DNA of 64,000 bases from contig OZ024747.1 of NCBI GenBank assembly GCA_964016885.1, positions 32,798,001-32,862,000 on the forward strand, given 5' to 3'. This DNA comes from Eledone cirrhosa. Lineage: Eukaryota. The notes beneath the pieces are model-generated. The model was given only the letters and a program-made list of their open reading frames with translations, did no database searches and had not been told where the DNA came from. Of this stretch, positions 1 through 12,200 are shown piece after piece; position 1 is the stretch's first letter, and each line of letters opens with the position of its first letter. The position numbers and the translations under genes are program-made.

Positions 1-375
1 TTAACAATGAGGGAAATGAGTGAGGTCTCAAATGGAATGGCATTTCCTTACTAGATATTTTCTACGTCTGTCCTTCCCAAACTCAACCTCACTGAACTTA
101 GAATAACCCTTAATAAAACCTATTTCCAGCACTGGTTAACTCCTACCATGATACTGGTATTATCAGTTTCAATGGTTAATAGATTTTTCATATTTCTTTA
201 TTTTCCATCAACTTTATTTTTCAAAGTGTCTTTAACTCCATTTGCATCACACTTTTCTAAAACTATAAAATTAAGATAAATCTGCGTAATGTTTTTTGTA
301 ATATATAAACCTCACACCATAATTATACACACGATCTTAGTCCAAGGGAAGTAACTCTTGTGTTTGTGTCAACAG

Positions 376-560
376 ATGGAGATATCAGCTTAGTTGTTTG
401 AACGTTGGGCTCTCAAGTGTGAAGTTGTGAGTTTGATTCCTGGACCAGGCAGTGCATTGTGTCCTTCAGCAAGACACTATATTTCACATTGTTCCACTTC
501 ACTCAGCTGGAAAGAGGGAATTGTGATGTCCCTGGATGCAAAGCTGTGTTGGCCGTTATC
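376..560 (+). mobile_element. Degenerate tRNA-derived SINE (head plus core)
   Basis: B-box-like GTGAGTTTGATTCC followed by TTGTGTCCTTCAGCAAGACACTATATTTCACATTG, which recurs in the copies at 16912 and 38896. Confidence 0.7.
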
Positions 561-1511
561 TTTTCCTTGGACAACATCAGTTGTATGATGAGGGAATACT
601 GGTATGCATGCATGACTACTTGTCATTCACAAAATCACCTGATGAAATTGCCTAAGTCTTGTATCATGATTGGATGATGAAACTGGGCCATTGAAATATG
701 TATAGTGTTTCTGCAAAATTAAAAGTTTAAAGGAAGCTTCCAGTCTGGCCATTTGTTGTTTTTAATGTTATTTATTCTTTATCATTAACATTAATATGAA
801 AAATAATAATTACATATAATTATTACAAATTTTTGTACCTGATTTTTTTTTTAGAGAAGGGCCTCAAATTTGATATAGGTGAGTACCTCGATAGGTGACA
901 GTCCAGCCCTGGTAAAGTTAAATGTTACTGTCTTTAAAAAAAGGTTCTCATTTTAAAATATACTTTATGATATAGAAAAAAGACACAATGATCATAATTG
1001 GAATGTCTTTGATTATATGATTGGGCCTGAATTGGTGCTAAATAACAACAACAATACTTTGAAGTAGAATAGAAAGTAAAACGCTGTTTAAAGACTGTTT
1101 CATCTTTATATACATTTTCAGAATGTCTAATCTGTTAGTTACTTTTGTGTGTCTGCTTAAATTTACTTATCTCTTCCACATTGAAAATTTGTTTGAATTC
1201 TGTCTTGCAGTTTAATATTTATATAAAATGAAATACTTGTTGTTAAGTAAATGCATGCACTGTCTCTTTATTCATTTAGTTTGGCAGGCAGATGTCATAT
1301 TTACTTAAAAAGATTTAACGCCTTCTGTCTGAAATACCAAATAGGAACCAATAGTTTTTCCCTGTATTGATTTCTTGCTTTATGAAATATGCAAAGGAAG
1401 TAGAAAGGTAGAAAAATAGAAAGATGAAAAGAAAAGAAAATAAGAAGAGGAAAGAGAAATAATAAGAAATGGGTGTAATAATAATAATAATAATAATAAT
1501 GATGATGATGA

Positions 1512-1652
1512 TTACTGATTTAGGCACAAGGCCATCAATTTTGGGGAAATTTAGGTAAATCAACCGCAGTTCATTACTGGTTCTTTATTTCATTGGCCTC
1601 GTAAGGATGAAAGGCAAAGCTAACCTCAGCAGGATTTGAACTTAGAATGTAT
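1512..1652 (-). mobile_element. SINE fragment (family with TTTGCCTTTCATCCTTACG core), AAT/GAT tail
   Basis: Reverse complement of the motif seen at 3694-3800 and 39146-39617; abuts the (AAT)n/(GAT)n tract at 1477-1512. Confidence 0.7.
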
Positions 1653-2163
1653 AATAAAAACAACAACAATAATAATATTTGATGAAGATTATGATGCTGT
1701 CAATGATGATGATTTCTTTGATTTGCCACAGGAGTGATGGTGGGGAAGATATAATAATGCAGAATTATAAAACAGTGGAGGTTTTCATAAAATCAATTAT
1801 GAAATAAAAATTCGTAGAAGAAAACAACAGTATTCAAAAGGAATAGGAAGACAGTCACATGAAAACAATCAAGGAACCTGATAGATCCTGGATTATCCTC
1901 TCTACTAAGAACAGTGCCCTCAACCTGTTGCATTCCTCAGCCTACAAGAACTTACTGAAAGTAAACCAATTCACTCTGGACATTTTCGCTACTTTTATTT
2001 ATCTTTCAATGAATTCATTAGAGAGCAGCACCTCTTTATATTCACCTTCCTCTTGAAGAGGAACCTGAAGAAGTTAGGGCTTATTCCTAACAAAGGTTTT
2101 AAAATGACCACAAGTCTATCAGAATATCACTGAAATGAAATTTACTTCCTACTCATTCTATTA

Positions 2164-3264
2164 TAGACCAGATAGAAAAATGCGTACAGCAAAAAAAAGT
2201 AATATTGTTGGAATATAAACCTTTAAAAATACAGGACAAGAAACTAAAATAAAACTTTAAAAGAATAGGACAAGAAACTAAGATAAAACTTTAAAAGAAT
2301 AGGACAAGAAACTAAGATAAAACTTTAAAGAATTGGACAAGAAATAAAAAATGTTACAATAATATAAGTGGCAAAATTTTTATTGGTAAAAAATCGAGTT
2401 CCACATTCATAGGCTCTGGGTTCCACATTCAGAGGTCGTCGTCAGACCTGGGGGATCATTTGATCCTGGTTTGAACACCAATTGGGCCATAACCATACCC
2501 CTATTTCATCATTCGGCGACACGCCTCATGTGTCATGCATAATGTGAATGGACCCATGGGCCCACGAGCACAAATCTTGAGAAGCAGCGGACGGTCTTGT
2601 CGTCCCGCTCATCCTTGATCTTGACCAACCCGTCCATCTTCTCCTTGCATCTTGTCCTTGAGTTCAAGTCCAGCAGTCCAGATGAATGCGTGCCACAGCT
2701 TTCTGGTACAGGAAGGGGGAGCAGGAGGACTGGAGGGATGATGGGACAGAGGGAGGGAGGACCGGTGTTTGAGGGAGGTGCCATAGTCGGTGGTCAGAGT
2801 CGACATCTTGTCCCGGTCGTCTTCTCTATCTTCGTCTGGTGTTGCGGGACCAGAAGTGCATTCTTGGAGGAGACCTGCAGCTGCATCAGCCAATTCTTCT
2901 TGCAATGGTCATTCTGACGGAGCAGAACTGCTCAGCCAACCAACCCCAACCAGAACCAACCGCTCAGGGGCAACGCACAATGAGAGCATGACAATTATTA
3001 TGCACTAATCAAGAAGATACTGGGGCATAGCACAGGAAACGAATAAAAAAATTTTGCCACTAATATTATTGTAAAATTGTTTATTTCTTGTCCAATTCTT
3101 TAAAGTTTTATCTTAGTTTCTTGTCCTATTCTTTTAAAGTTTTATCTTAGTTTCTTGTCCTATTCTTTTAAAGTTTTATTTTAGTTTCTTGTCCTGTATT
3201 TTTAAAGGTTTATATTCCAACAATATTACTTTTTTTTGCTGTACGCATTTTTCTATCTGGTCTA
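2164..3264. mobile_element. Non-autonomous foldback/TIR element with ~220-bp terminal inverted repeats and a GC-rich core
   Basis: 2164-2384 is the near-perfect reverse complement of 3042-3264 (ends TAGACCAGATAG...CTATCTGGTCTA). Each arm carries about 4 tandem copies of a ~34-bp unit, AGGACAAGAAACTAAGATAAAACTTTAAAAGAAT. The outer TA could be a TA TSD. Confidence 0.85.
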
Positions 3265-3674
3265 CTATTTTTTAAGGCAATGCAAGCAACAACTATCTAA
3301 TAATTAAATGATCATAGTGAATTACTGACAAGTGATTGACATTTTAAAGTTCTTTTGAGTATAATTGCAATCTAGTTGAGGCAACTGGCTTAATGACAAA
3401 GCTACGTCATTTCTGGATTAACTCCCCTAGCGTCACGCTTACTACTCACTCACTTGAACACAAGATTTATCAGCAAACTTTGATTATAAAATTTTTCCCG
3501 CTGGACCAAATTTCTAGATTTTTAAGCCAAAAGATGCGTAATGATCTACTGTTCATGCTCATATAAGTTTTATCTCAGTTAAATAAAGTAGAGCCGCGCT
3601 GTACTGTCGTAAACAGACGATTGCCAACGAAAACACGACCACAACAATATTACTAAACTGACTAACGTCCGTTT

Positions 3675-3815
3675 AGGATATAGTTATGGCCCTTTGCGTT
3701 CTGAGTTCAAATCAGCCGAGGTTAACTTTGCCTTTCATCCTTACGAGGTCGATAAAATAAAGTACCAGTGGTGCACTGGGGTAATCGCTGGCCTTGTGCC
3801 AAAAGTAAAAACTCT
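3675..3815 (+). mobile_element. tRNA-derived SINE fragment
   Basis: B-box GAGTTCAAATC, then GCCGAGGTTAACTTTGCCTTTCATCCTTACGAGGTCGATAAAATAAAGTACCAG; many copies occur in the window. Confidence 0.75.
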
Positions 3816-4605
3816 ATTATATACTGCAAATGATATAGATTGTGGTGGATACATATGCTGGTGGTATATTGTGAGGCATGCTTAACTTTCCATGCTGTCA
3901 TGGGTTGAACAAGGAAGGAGTCAGGAATGTATGTGGAAGGAGAGAATAGCGCTTTCTTCCATGTTGACAAGGATGTTAATCAGGGATGTGTGAGGATAGG
4001 AGGGGAAGGACAAAATGATGGGAAGACACTTCTTTCTTCTTTCCATACTAGCATAAGTTAAACTAGGCAAGTAAGTAGGGGTGGGTGGGTGACAAATGTG
4101 GTTGTACTATATGAATCAAATGTATACTAAAAATAGAATAGTAAAACAAAAGTCAAACCTCATAAAACCTAACACAAAATCTATCACATTGAACCATAAA
4201 CAAACACTAATAGTACTCTATGAAATATGGTCACGAATGGGACCAAGATTTGAGCACATTACTTTGATTTTTAACTTCAAACTTCATATGCTTGGAGTTT
4301 AAGTCATACATTTCACAATAAATGGACCATTCATATCTGTAGGGAAAAATTGTGTCAACTTTATACTGACGTGTTTCATTGCAAACCAGACAAGTTAAAT
4401 TGAAAACAAAATGAAATTACATGAAACAAATTACGCTAAATGTTTCATACAAAATATACCAGAATAAATGTTGATATGATACTATAATTGAGATAAGTGA
4501 TACTTGCCCATTGATTTTCTGTAAACTCCAAACATGTTCATTCCAATTAATTTTATATATTATTATATACATAATTACTGGCCTTGTGCCTATATAAGAA
4601 ACCAT

Positions 4606-5365
4606 TATTTTATACGAGATATATTAAAGATCTCATTTCTCAAATGAATCGTTTCATTGTAAGATTTCTACATGGTGGGTGAAATTATACCAAGTTATGT
4701 AGAAGCTTGTATAAGATCAATGCATTCTTATGCAAGTCGGCGCTTATAAATCTTCAGTGGGTGCCCAATAATATTAATATTAATAACTAAATCAACATCA
4801 AATCAATGTTTAGCAATAATCACCATCAGTGCTAGACCGTACTGTTAGGTTGTAAGTCCAGCAGTTCTAAAGAAAATCTCACACTGTCCTGAAAATGGGA
4901 GGAGGAGGCTACCGTAAAAAAATAATGTACACACAGGTCATTGAACTCTGACAAGAATTCAAGCCTCATGCGAAGAACTGAATTGGATATGAAAAAATAA
5001 ATATATGTGTGTACTGTTTTAGGACACATAGAGATATTTTCTCAGGCAAAATAACAGATATGAGATACAGGAACAAACAATCAATATTCATATAAAAAAA
5101 TAAACAAAGAGAGTCATACCTTATATTGGGAAAGTTCATGTCTGGTGCTCCAAGAGTATATTAATTAATTACATAAACAGAGAAAGCTATTAGCGATACT
5201 CCGACCAATTTCCAACTCACTCAACAAACATTAGGAAATACCAGAGTATATTCCCAATTAAACGTTTGGGGTGCTAACTATATTGTATTGTGTGGATAAT
5301 TGGCTGTATTATTTTATATAAGATATATTAAATAACTCATTTCCCAAACGAATTGTTTCATTATA
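4606..5365 (-). mobile_element. Non-coding hammerhead-bearing element with ~55-bp terminal direct repeat (retrozyme/PLE-derived)
   Basis: 4606-4660 is repeated at 5310-5363 (offset 704 bp). Contains a hammerhead-like motif and shares TATACTCTGGTA...TTGAGTG with the 21.1-21.4 kb element. Confidence 0.6.
4639..4761 (-). ncRNA. Degenerate type I hammerhead ribozyme with extended branched stem II
   Basis: Minus strand: CCCA-CTGAAGA-T-TTATAAG-[79 nt]-CTTACAA-T-GAAAC-GATTC-ATT-TGAG. The repeat copy at ~5343-5362 keeps GAAACAATTCGTT-TGGG, which restores stem I (CCCA/TGGG). Confidence 0.55.
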
Positions 5366-5559
5366 TTATTATAACTTTTCCTTTCATCCTTACGGGGTCA
5401 ATAAAATAAAGTACCAGTAATGCACTGGGTAATTGCTGGCCTTGTGCCAACGGTAGAAAAAAAATTATATTATTATATATATACAATTTATCATCTTGAA
5501 ATTTATGTTTCAATGTTTATTTGTATTCATACACCTTCCATTTCATTTTACACCATATT

Positions 5560-5897
5560 GTCACAAATGCCAATGGATGACCATGGTTTTGCACCTGGAA
5601 AGTTCTCCTCCGAGGCACAAGCCTGGGTAAATTGTATTTGTGAAAGGCCATCAGTTACCCATGCATGCCAGTCTCCCCTCTCTACATCACCGATGTTGTC
5701 CAAGGGAAAGGCAATGTTCGATGGCTAATACAGCTTGGCACCAGTGACATCACCACTCATTTCTACAGCTGAGCAAACTAGAGCAATATGAAAGAAATTG
5801 TTTTGCTCAAAGACACAATGCACTGCCCAGACTCTGACTCAAACTCACAAGCTTAGGATTGTGAGCTTAATGCTCTAACCACTAAGACGTTCACCTG
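5560..5897 (-). mobile_element. tRNA-derived SINE
   Basis: Reverse complement has GTCTTAGTGGTTAGAGCATT (A box), GTGAGTTTGAGTC (B box) and TCTTTGAGCAAAAC core. Confidence 0.65.
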
Positions 5898-5929
5898 CAT
5901 TATATATATATATATATACGTATATATAT

Positions 5930-6430
5930 CTTCTCTCTTCTTTTTTGCCCATTTATTCCTGAGAGGGTCATGAGGGCAGAGTTCTCAAATGCATCTTCCA
6001 GCAAGTCTTGTCAGAAACGACTGTCTCCTACTAATCCAGCTGCATCCCCAAGCAAGACCAACCAAGCTGATGGATGTTATCCAACCATTTTGCTCCGAGT
6101 CTACACCAGGGTCTCCTGCCACTCTGTTTTACCCATAAAATCTGTCCAGTGATTCATTCCCGAGACATTCTAACCCCACACCCATAATATCGGAGCTGTG
6201 ATCTCACAATTCAGAGAAGTAGCAGCTCTACTCGGAATGACTCTCTCATCTCCGAGCAAGCACTCTATCATGTAACATTACTCCAAAGACTCTTCATAGG
6301 AACCCTATTTCAGCTGTTTGTATTCGCAATCTTATTATTTCAGTCATTATCCAAGATTTGTGACCATAGATGAAGGTTTGTACGAATACCAAATTGAAGA
6401 TAGTTTGGATTTTACATCTAACTCCCTTCC
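5930..6430 (-). mobile_element. RTE-like LINE 3' fragment (family C)
   Basis: Homologous to 21857-22025, 34645-34735, 41250-41325 and 43588-43760; decayed RSQLRYYG..RM C-terminal motif. Confidence 0.55.
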
Positions 6431-6434
6431 ACTA

Positions 6435-6986
6435 ATCTACTTATTGTGTATTATACTATTCTATTTATTGTGTAGTATACTATACTATTTGTTGTGTACT
6501 ATTATATTATATTGTATACTATTCTATTATATTGTGTACTGTACTATTATATCTATTATGTTCTATTCTATTATATCTATTGTGTACTATACTACTATAT
6601 TTTATTGTGTACTGTTCTATTATATTTATTGTGTACTGTTCTATTATATTTATTGTGTACTGTTCTATTATATTATATTGTGTACTGTTCTATTATATTG
6701 TGTACTATACTACTATATTATATTGTGTACTGTTCTATTATATTATATTGTGTACTGTTCTATTATATATATTGTGTACTGTTCTATTTCACTTATTGTG
6801 TACTGTTCTATTTCATTTATTGTGTACTGTTCTATTTCATTTATTCTGTACTGTTCTATTATATTTATTCTGTACTATTCTATTATATTTATTGTGTACT
6901 GTTCTATTACATTTATTGTGTACTGTTCTATTATATTTATTGTGTACTATTCTATTATATTTATTGTATACTATTCTATTATATTT
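6435..6986. repeat. 24-bp AT-rich minisatellite (TTATTGTGTACTGTTCTATTATAT)
   Basis: About 23 tandem diverged copies visible directly. Confidence 0.95.
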
Positions 6987-6989
6987 AGT

Positions 6990-8172
6990 TACGAGCAGTG
7001 TATCGCAGCATTGCACGGGTAAGAACATTGATAATAGCACCTCCAATGAGAAACGTTTATTTGTGAGTGCCTGTTAAAAACTCACAAAAGTATACCGACA
7101 GGAAACTTGTTTTATTTGGAGAAAATTAAGAAGTTGAAAGTACAGTTTAGCTGCCTACATGGATTGTTCATAGAAATATTGTTGAGCCCCTTCTTTTCAT
7201 ACTCCTCTGTTTTGGTCTTTTGGAGTAAATGTGAAAGAGAAAGTCACAGGTTAAGTTGGCAGAAGGTTCCAGTGTCATAGCAGTAAGGCGTAGGCTACTT
7301 ACCTCAAAAGTTCATTCACACTCTTTCCACGAAGTTACTCTTTGACTCTATCCCCGTCGGTGCAGTCCCTTGCGAATTTCTCGCGGTGTAGATTTGCACC
7401 CGATCCATCTGCCTGATGCACATGTCCGCTTTCTACAGCTTTTAGAAGAAGCAGTGACCAGCAGTACGTTGTTCGGTATTATCACGAAAAGGTGTAGCAG
7501 AGAATCCCACGTGAACTAACAGCTCGGGAAGAAATTGCGTACCTCGAAGACTCATTTGCCATCGTTCTTGTCAATGCTCCATTTAGTTGGTATTTGTTGG
7601 TCTACAGTTAGATGAATGGCGCACAAAGGGTTAATGTTTATTGGCAAGAAGTGCAACTGAGCTGACTTGCCTTGCTTATATTATATATTAGAATAACAGA
7701 TTAAAGTTTAAGCAAAGAATCGCTGCTTTCACCCTTAACAGGATCTTCTGAAACTAAAAAAATCAATCTGTGAACGCAGAAGTAAATATTTTGAAAAACG
7801 TTGCAACCGAAGGAAAACAGAAAGACAATACTTTGGTTCGTGAAGACGTTCCCTGGCAATGAACAGAACGTAGCGAACATAATAAGTCATCAATATTTGT
7901 CAAAATGTCGTAATACAGACAGCCAGGCATGCAGACAGATATTATAAGGGCACAACGGAGATGGATAACCGGCACCTAAAACCCTTTTAACAACAGAAAA
8001 TTGAAAAATAAAAGCTGCAGTTAATATCTTTAGACTACATGGAATATAGAAATGCAAGTTTATCGGAGTAGAAGTCAATATACAAGTCAATTGGAGTAGA
8101 AATGTGGATTTGTATAGACTTTGCAAAAATGAGGACACACAGACAACTACAGCTTTATATATATGTATAGAT
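6990..8172 (+). mobile_element. Helitron/Helentron-like non-autonomous element with internal insert
   Basis: 5' ACGAGCAGTG..GCATTGCACGGG matches ACTAGCAGTGGCACCCGGCGTTGCACGGG at 32962. Internal CGTAATACAGACAGCCAGGCATGCAGACAGATATTATAAGGGC is shared with 33582-33625. 3' end CAGCTTTATATATATGTATAGAT. Confidence 0.6.
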
Positions 8173-8515
8173 TGATAATCATTTACATACTAAGCTGTTA
8201 TATTCCATGACAGCATACATCCAAGACAATATTCCGCTAATTGTTTTTACCCCAAAGAACAATAGGAAATAAAGCCATGCTAGCTCATACATTCAGAATG
8301 ACTCATATTGGTTAGTGACGGAAAATTTCTCAAGCTTAACTCAAATCCTGAAAATGAGTATCAGCAATAGCTGGGAGTTTAACCCTGCGATGGTCTGGCA
8401 TCCTGTCCAGGAGGGAGTATTGTACTCTCAGTCGCTGAACACCATGGAAACTGGGATAAGCACTGGCCTGATGAGCCTCCAGGCTTGAGACAGACTTATA
8501 TTCCATGATATAAAC

Positions 8516-8854
8516 TAGTCTCAGGTCTCAAATAATAGGTGGAGTTGGAATAAGCAGAGGTGTTGGAAAATCGGTAATTCCTCTAGGTTGTCTCCCTTTA
8601 TTGTGTTAAAAACTATAATTAATCATTTAGTTTACATATTGGGACCCCAACCCATCCAATTTATTTTATAATATATGGGATTTCTAGTAATGTACATGTT
8701 TTTGTTAATGTCTAGAGAAAATTGTCACAGGAATTGTCACTTAAAATAAAATTTCACCGAAGAAAAATTAGCAAAATTTAATAAGCAGGTAGGGGTGGGG
8801 GTCGAAAATTAATAAGTTAGGGGAGGGGGGACGATTATTTGAGACCCAAGAGTA
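8516..8854. mobile_element. MITE with ~21-bp TIRs, TA-flanked (Tc1/mariner-like)
   Basis: TAGTCTCAGGTCTCAAATAAT versus ATTATTTGAGACCCAAGAGTA (3 mismatches); internal AATAAG(C/T)AG repeats. Confidence 0.65.
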
Positions 8855-9039
8855 GTCCAAGAGTATTCCTACCCTCTTTCACATTTGACCTCCTCTTATT
8901 ATACATCAATCTTTCCTACTGTGCCCTACATCTAAGGATATTTTTACAATTTTAGTAAATTGCTACATGATATTGTTATAAATCCCAATCTTCAACTTGA
9001 TTAAAATTATTTATATATAAATTTATAAGTTTATAAGTT

Positions 9040-9250
9040 TACATATATGTTTACATATATTTCATTCATATATATATATGTATGAAAGAGTGTGTATATA
9101 TATATATGTATGAGTGTGTATATATATATATGTATGTATATATATATGTATGTATGAGTGTGTGTATATATATATATATGTATGTATGAGTGTGTGTATA
9201 TATATATGTATATGTATGCATGAGTGTGTATATATATATATATGTGTGTT
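9040..9250. repeat. Mixed (TA)/(TG)/(TATG) microsatellite
   Basis: Seen directly. Confidence 0.9.
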
Positions 9251-9285
9251 CTTTCACGTTTCGAATAATCATCCTCAAATTTTTT

Positions 9286-12200
9286 AGTGGTGGTGGTGGT
9301 GTTGGTGAGGTGGATGGTTGTGGATGTATGGTGGTGTGTTTGGTGGTGGTGGTAGTGAGGTTGATGGTTGTGGATGTATGGCGGTGTGTTTGGTGGTGGT
9401 GGTGGTGATGGTTGATGGTTGTGGATGAATGGCGGTGTGTTTGGTGGTGGTGTTGGTGAGATGGATGGTTGTGAATGTATGGTGGTGTGTTTGGTGGTGG
9501 GGTGGTGGTGGTGGTTGTTGATGCATGGTGTTGTGTTTGGTGGTGGTGAGGTTGATCGTTGTTGATATAAGGCAGTCGGTTTGGTGGTGGTGGTGGTGGT
9601 GGTGGGGTTGATGGCTGTGGATGTATGGCAGTGTGTTTGGAGGTGGTGGTGGTGGTGTTGGTGGTGAGGTTGATGGTTGTGGATGTATGGCGGTGTGTTT
9701 GGTGGTGGTGGTTGTGTTGGTGGTGAGGGTGATGGTTGTTGATGTATGGCGGTGTGTTTGGTAGTGGGGGTGGGGGTGATGGTTGTTGATGTATGGCGGT
9801 GTGTTTGGTAGTGGGGGTGGGGGTGATGGTTGTTGATGCATGGCGGTGTGTTTGGTGGTGGTGGTGGTGGCGGTAATGGTTGTGGATGTATGGCGGTGTG
9901 TTTGGTGGTGGTGGTGGTGGTGATGGTTATGGATGTATGGTAGTGTGTTTGGTGGTGGTGGTGGAGGTGGGGGTGATGGTTGTGGATGTATGGCAGTGTG
10001 TTTGGTGGTGGTGGTGGTGGGGTGATGGTTGTGGATGTATGGCGGTGTGTTTGGTGGTGGGGGTGGTGGTGGTGATGGTTATGGATGTATGGCGGTGGCT
10101 TTGGTGGTTGTGGTGGTGAGGGTGATGGTTGTGGATGTATGGCTGTGCGTTTGGTGGTGGTTGTGGTGAGGGTGATGGTTGTGGATGTATGGCGGTGTGC
10201 TTGGTGGTGGTGGTGGTGAGGTTGATGGTTGTGGATATATGGTGGTGTGTTTGGTGGTGGTGGTGGTGCTGGTGAGGTTGATAGTTGTGGATGTATGGTG
10301 GTGTGTTTGGTGGTGGTGGTGGTGAGGGTGATGGTTGTGGATGTAGGGCGGTGTGTTTGGTGGTAGTGGTGGTGGTGGTGTTTGTTGTGGATGTATGGCG
10401 CTGTGTTTGGTGGTGGTGGTGGTGTTTGTTGTGGATGTATGGCGGTGTGTTTGGTGGTGGTGGTGGTGAGGTTCATGGTTGTGGATGTATGGCAGTGTGT
10501 TTGGTGGTGGTGGTGGTGATGGTGGTGGGGTGATGGTTGTGGATGTATGGCAGTGTGTTTGGTGGTGGGGGTGGTGATGGTGGTGGGGTGATGGTTGTGG
10601 ATGTATGGCAGTGTGTTTGGTGGTGGTGGTGGGGGGGTGATGGTTGTTGATGTATGGCAATGTGTTTGGTGGTGGAGGTGGGGTTGGTGGTTGTTGGTGG
10701 TGGTGGTGGTGGTGATGGGGGGGTATGAATGTTGATGTATGGCGATGTGTTTGGTGGTGGGGGTGGGGGTTGTTGATGTATGGCGGTGTGTTTGGTGGTG
10801 GTGGTGGTGGTGGTGGTGGTGGTGAGGTTGATCGTTGTTGATGTAATGCAGTGTGTTTGGTGGTGGTGGTGGTGGTGGGGTTGATGGTTGTGTATGTATG
10901 ACAGTGTGTTTGGAGGTGGGGATGTTGGTGTTGGTGGTGAGGTTGATGGTTGTGGATGTATGGCGGTGTGTTTGGTGGTGGTGGTTGTGTTGGTGGTGAG
11001 GGTGATGGTTCTTGATGTATGGCGGTGTGTTTGGTGGTGGCGGTGATGGATGTGGATGTATGGTGGTGTAGTTTGCTGGTGGTGGGGGTTATGGTGTGGA
11101 TGTATGGCAGTGTGTTTGGTGCTGGTGGTGGAGGTGGTGGTGGGGGTGATGGTTGTGGATGTATGGCGGTGTGTTTGGTGGTGGTGGTGGTGGAGGTGGT
11201 GGTGGGGTGATGGTTGTGGATGTATGGCGGTGGCTTTGGTAGTGGTGGTGGTGAGGGTGATGGTTGTGGATGTATGGCAGTGTGTTTGGTGGTGGTGGTG
11301 GTGGGGTGATGGTTGTGGATGTATGGCTGTGTGTTTGGTGGTGGTGGTGGTGGTGGGGTGATGGTTGTGGATGTATGGCAGTGTGTTTGGTGTTGTGGTG
11401 GTGGTGGGGTGATGGTTGTGGATGTATGGCAGTGTGTTTGGTGGTGGTGGTGGTGGTGGGGTTGATGGTTGTGGGTGTATGGCAGTGTGTTTGGGGTTGT
11501 GCTGGTGGTGTTGGTGGTGAGGTTGATGGTTGTGGATGTATGGCGGTGTGTTTGGTGGTGGTGGTTGTGTTGGTGGTGGCGGTGCTGGTTGTGGATGTAT
11601 GGCGGTGTGTTTGCTGGTGGTGGGGTTTATGGTGTGGATGTATGGCAGTGTGTTTGGTGGCGGTGGTGGAGGTGGTGGTGGGGTGATGGTTGCGGATGTA
11701 TGGCGGTGTGTTTGGTGGTGGTGGTGGTGATGGTGGTGGGGTGATGGTTGTGGATGTATGGCGGTGGCTTTGGTGGTGGTGGTGGTGAGGATGATGGTTT
11801 TGGATGCATGGTAGTGTGTTTGGTGGTGGTGGTGGTGGTGAGTGTTGGTGGTTGTAGATGCATTGCAGTATGTTTGGTGGTGGTGGTGGTGGTGGTGGGG
11901 TGATGGTTGTGGATGTATGGCGGTGGCTTTGGTGGTGGTGGTGGTGAGGGTGATGGTTGTGGATGTATGGCAGTGTGTTTGGTGGTGGTGGAGGTGGTGG
12001 TGGGGTGATGGTTGTGGATGTATGGCGGTGTGTTTGGTGGTGGTGGTGGTGGTGAGGTTGATATTTGTGAATGTATGGTGGTGTGTTTGGTGGTGGTGGT
12101 GGTGAGGGTGATGGTTGTGGATGTATGGCGGTGTGTTTGGTGGTGGTGGCATTGATGGTTGTGGATGTATGGCGGTGTGTTTGCTGGTGGTGGGGGTGAT

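Noticed and set aside
6318-7077. Cys/Tyr/Ile-rich ORFs
   Set aside because: Translations of the 24-bp minisatellite.
8462-8497. CTGATGA-GCC-TCCA-GGC as a hammerhead
   Set aside because: No GAAA or stem III/I follows; it matches a SINE-type 3' tail.
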